In this document: in pieces, positions 62,196 to 63,577 of the stretch
Position numbering within the stretch: the stretch's first letter is position 1
Layout: each line of letters opens with the position of its first letter
Assembly: GCA_028344335.1 (NCBI GenBank)
Contig: JAOMAZ010000003.1
Location: 1 to 63,577, forward strand
Reading direction: 5' to 3'
DNA: 63,577 nt
Origin: Deltaproteobacteria bacterium
Lineage (GTDB): Archaea > Thermoplasmatota > Poseidoniia > Poseidoniales > Poseidoniaceae
The notes under the pieces: model-generated
Seen by the model: the letters and a program-made list of their open reading frames with translations, nothing else
Database searches by the model: none
Told to the model about the DNA's origin: nothing
Made by a program: the position numbers and the translations under genes

Positions 62196-62678
62196 ATGGA
62201 CGACCTAAAGGGCATGCTACTTGAGGCACTGAAACTGAAATCCTTGCCAAGAACAGGCTGGCTGCGAGCGGGAATAGAGAATCCTGAAAGTGTTGCTGCT
62301 CACTCTTGGGGAGTGGCTTGGCTTTGTATGGTCTTGTGCCCGAAGGAATTGAATAAACTAAAAGTCCTGGAAATAGCACTCATCCATGACCTTGCTGAAG
62401 TAAGAATCGGTGATATCACGCCTTATGATGGAATAGATGTGCCCGAGAAACATAAAATGGAATCAGCCGCGTTTGTTGAGATGACTGAGCAGTTATGCAA
62501 TCGTCAGCATCTACGAGACCTCTGGAACGAGCAGTCAGCTGAGGCTGACTTCGTCAAGCAGATGGATAAGCTAGACATGGCATTGCAGGCGCAAGAATAT
62601 GGCGGCTTGGAAGAATTTATCGAATCCGCACTACAAGTTTTGATCAATCCTGTACATCGTCAACTTGCAAAACCCTGA
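62196..62678 (+). CDS. HD-domain phosphohydrolase (YfbR/HDDC2-like 5'-deoxynucleotidase)
   Basis: LPRTGWLRAGIENPESVAAHSWGVAWL...ALIHDLAEVRIGDITP (the H...HD...D metal ligands). Confidence 0.8.
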   Translation: MDDLKGMLLEALKLKSLPRTGWLRAGIENPESVAAHSWGVAWLCMVLCPKELNKLKVLEIALIHDLAEVRIGDITPYDGIDVPEKHKMESAAFVEMTEQLCNRQHLRDLWNEQSAEADFVKQMDKLDMALQAQEYGGLEEFIESALQVLINPVHRQLAKP

Positions 62679-62690
62679 TTTTCATCTATT

Positions 62691-63548
62691 TCAATAAACA
62701 TATACTGTAAATCGTTGTAGTTCTTCACCATCTATGGTATTAGTCAATATAACTACGACCTCACAGAAGTCGCTGTCTACATTACACAAGTCAGTTCCAT
62801 CTTCAACAATTGTAATTTCTTCATCAATACTCCATTTGTCGTCAAAATCCCCAGACCAAAGATAGTAGCGGCAACCTATCTCATCAGAGTATTCTTCGGA
62901 AGACTCGCATATCATATCTGCTCCGCTATCAACATTGATCGATATTTGTAGTTGAATAGGGTTAATTGATTTACCTTTGTCCATTTTGATGTGGAATAGT
63001 TTATTGTCGCTCTGATAATTGACAAATGAATCATCATCTCTAGCGCTAAATTCGTAGTTATTTCCTCCGGAATTATTTCTGTTCTCTATTGGATTCATGA
63101 AGGCACTATGCACCATGAAGGTACCCAGTGAGCCAAAAATCATCACGATGATGGCTATAACCCATGCAGCCTTCACCCAAACTTCTTCTTTTTCTATCGA
63201 TTCATCTGAATTAGATTTCGGTTTGGACATTAATGATAACAAACCAATGAATATCAGGGCAAAGCCAGTACAATATCCAGAAAGCATGACATCTGTGTCC
63301 CACATTGATTCATATTCCATATCTTCACAGTTCGAATAAATCTCACTATCGCAACCTTCATCATCATAATACTGGTTAACAGAAATCGCTGTATAATAGC
63401 CCATTCCAACAAATAGTAGAAGGATGGTAAAAGTAATTGCTGGCAAATACCACCATTTTGATTTTTTCAGCATAGTTAAAATTGAAATTCCAATCGTTCC
63501 AAATAATAAGGCAATAGAGAGATATGACAAAATTTGAAGTGTTTTCAA
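62691..63548 (-). CDS. Hypothetical polytopic membrane protein with Cys/Asp-rich extracytoplasmic segments
   Basis: Four hydrophobic segments and a C-terminal ~140-aa soluble domain. ORF only. Confidence 0.5.
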   Translation of the reverse strand: MKTLQILSYLSIALLFGTIGISILTMLKKSKWWYLPAITFTILLLFVGMGYYTAISVNQYYDDEGCDSEIYSNCEDMEYESMWDTDVMLSGYCTGFALIFIGLLSLMSKPKSNSDESIEKEEVWVKAAWVIAIIVMIFGSLGTFMVHSAFMNPIENRNNSGGNNYEFSARDDDSFVNYQSDNKLFHIKMDKGKSINPIQLQISINVDSGADMICESSEEYSDEIGCRYYLWSGDFDDKWSIDEEITIVEDGTDLCNVDSDFCEVVVILTNTIDGEELQRFTVYVY

Positions 63549-63577
63549 TGCTGAAACAAGAGCCTCTGCTGGAGAGC

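Noticed and set aside
1-63577. Mobile element, prophage or defence island (integrase, transposase, restriction, toxin-antitoxin, Cas, reverse transcriptase)
   Set aside because: No ORF showed recombinase (DDE, Tyr/Ser), RT, nuclease-ATPase defence or capsid/terminase-like motifs on inspection. The tRNA genes are not flanked by direct repeats.

Overview
Archaeal chromosomal segment. By gene content alone it looks like a planktonic Thermoplasmatota / Marine Group II-like genome; this is inference, no search was run. Archaeal hallmarks on the sequence are an RNase P RNA, Rpo11/RpoL, aEF-1beta, Cbf5, archaeal-type CMP kinase, a DUF106/YidC-like insertase, a GPN-loop GTPase and a DGGGP-synthase-type UbiA prenyltransferase. 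Housekeeping genes (asnS, arcC, rpiA, rlmE, truD, ribA, argF, a DEAD-box helicase, an acyl-CoA dehydrogenase) and three tRNAs (Lys-CUU, His-GUG, Glu-CUC) are interspersed with accessory content. That content comprises four very large (802-1727 aa) membrane-anchored surface proteins built from eukaryote-like adhesion modules (vWA, TSP3, Kelch, cadherin-like, MAM-like, CARDB-like). It also includes three GT2 glycosyltransferases plus an epimerase, two COG1033/MMPL-type RND exporters, and an extracytoplasmic disulfide-bond module (VKOR plus CxxC thioredoxin-fold proteins). An archaeosortase-like membrane protein is present as well. No CRISPR array, rRNA, transposase or integrase was seen. The most unusual items are listed here. 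(1) A 918-aa signal-less protein with a polyproline N-terminus, DUF11-like domains, an acidic tract and a RanBP2-spaced zinc finger, and WW-like C-terminal modules on the cytoplasmic tails of two giant adhesins, which may bind it. (2) The archaeosortase-like gene. (3) A 3 x 46-bp tandem repeat directly upstream of an RND exporter. (4) A HAD phosphatase split at an A6/G10 homopolymer region. (5) A YidC-like insertase with a basic tail and zinc ribbon. All functional calls rest on motifs read by eye from the translations; no database search was possible.
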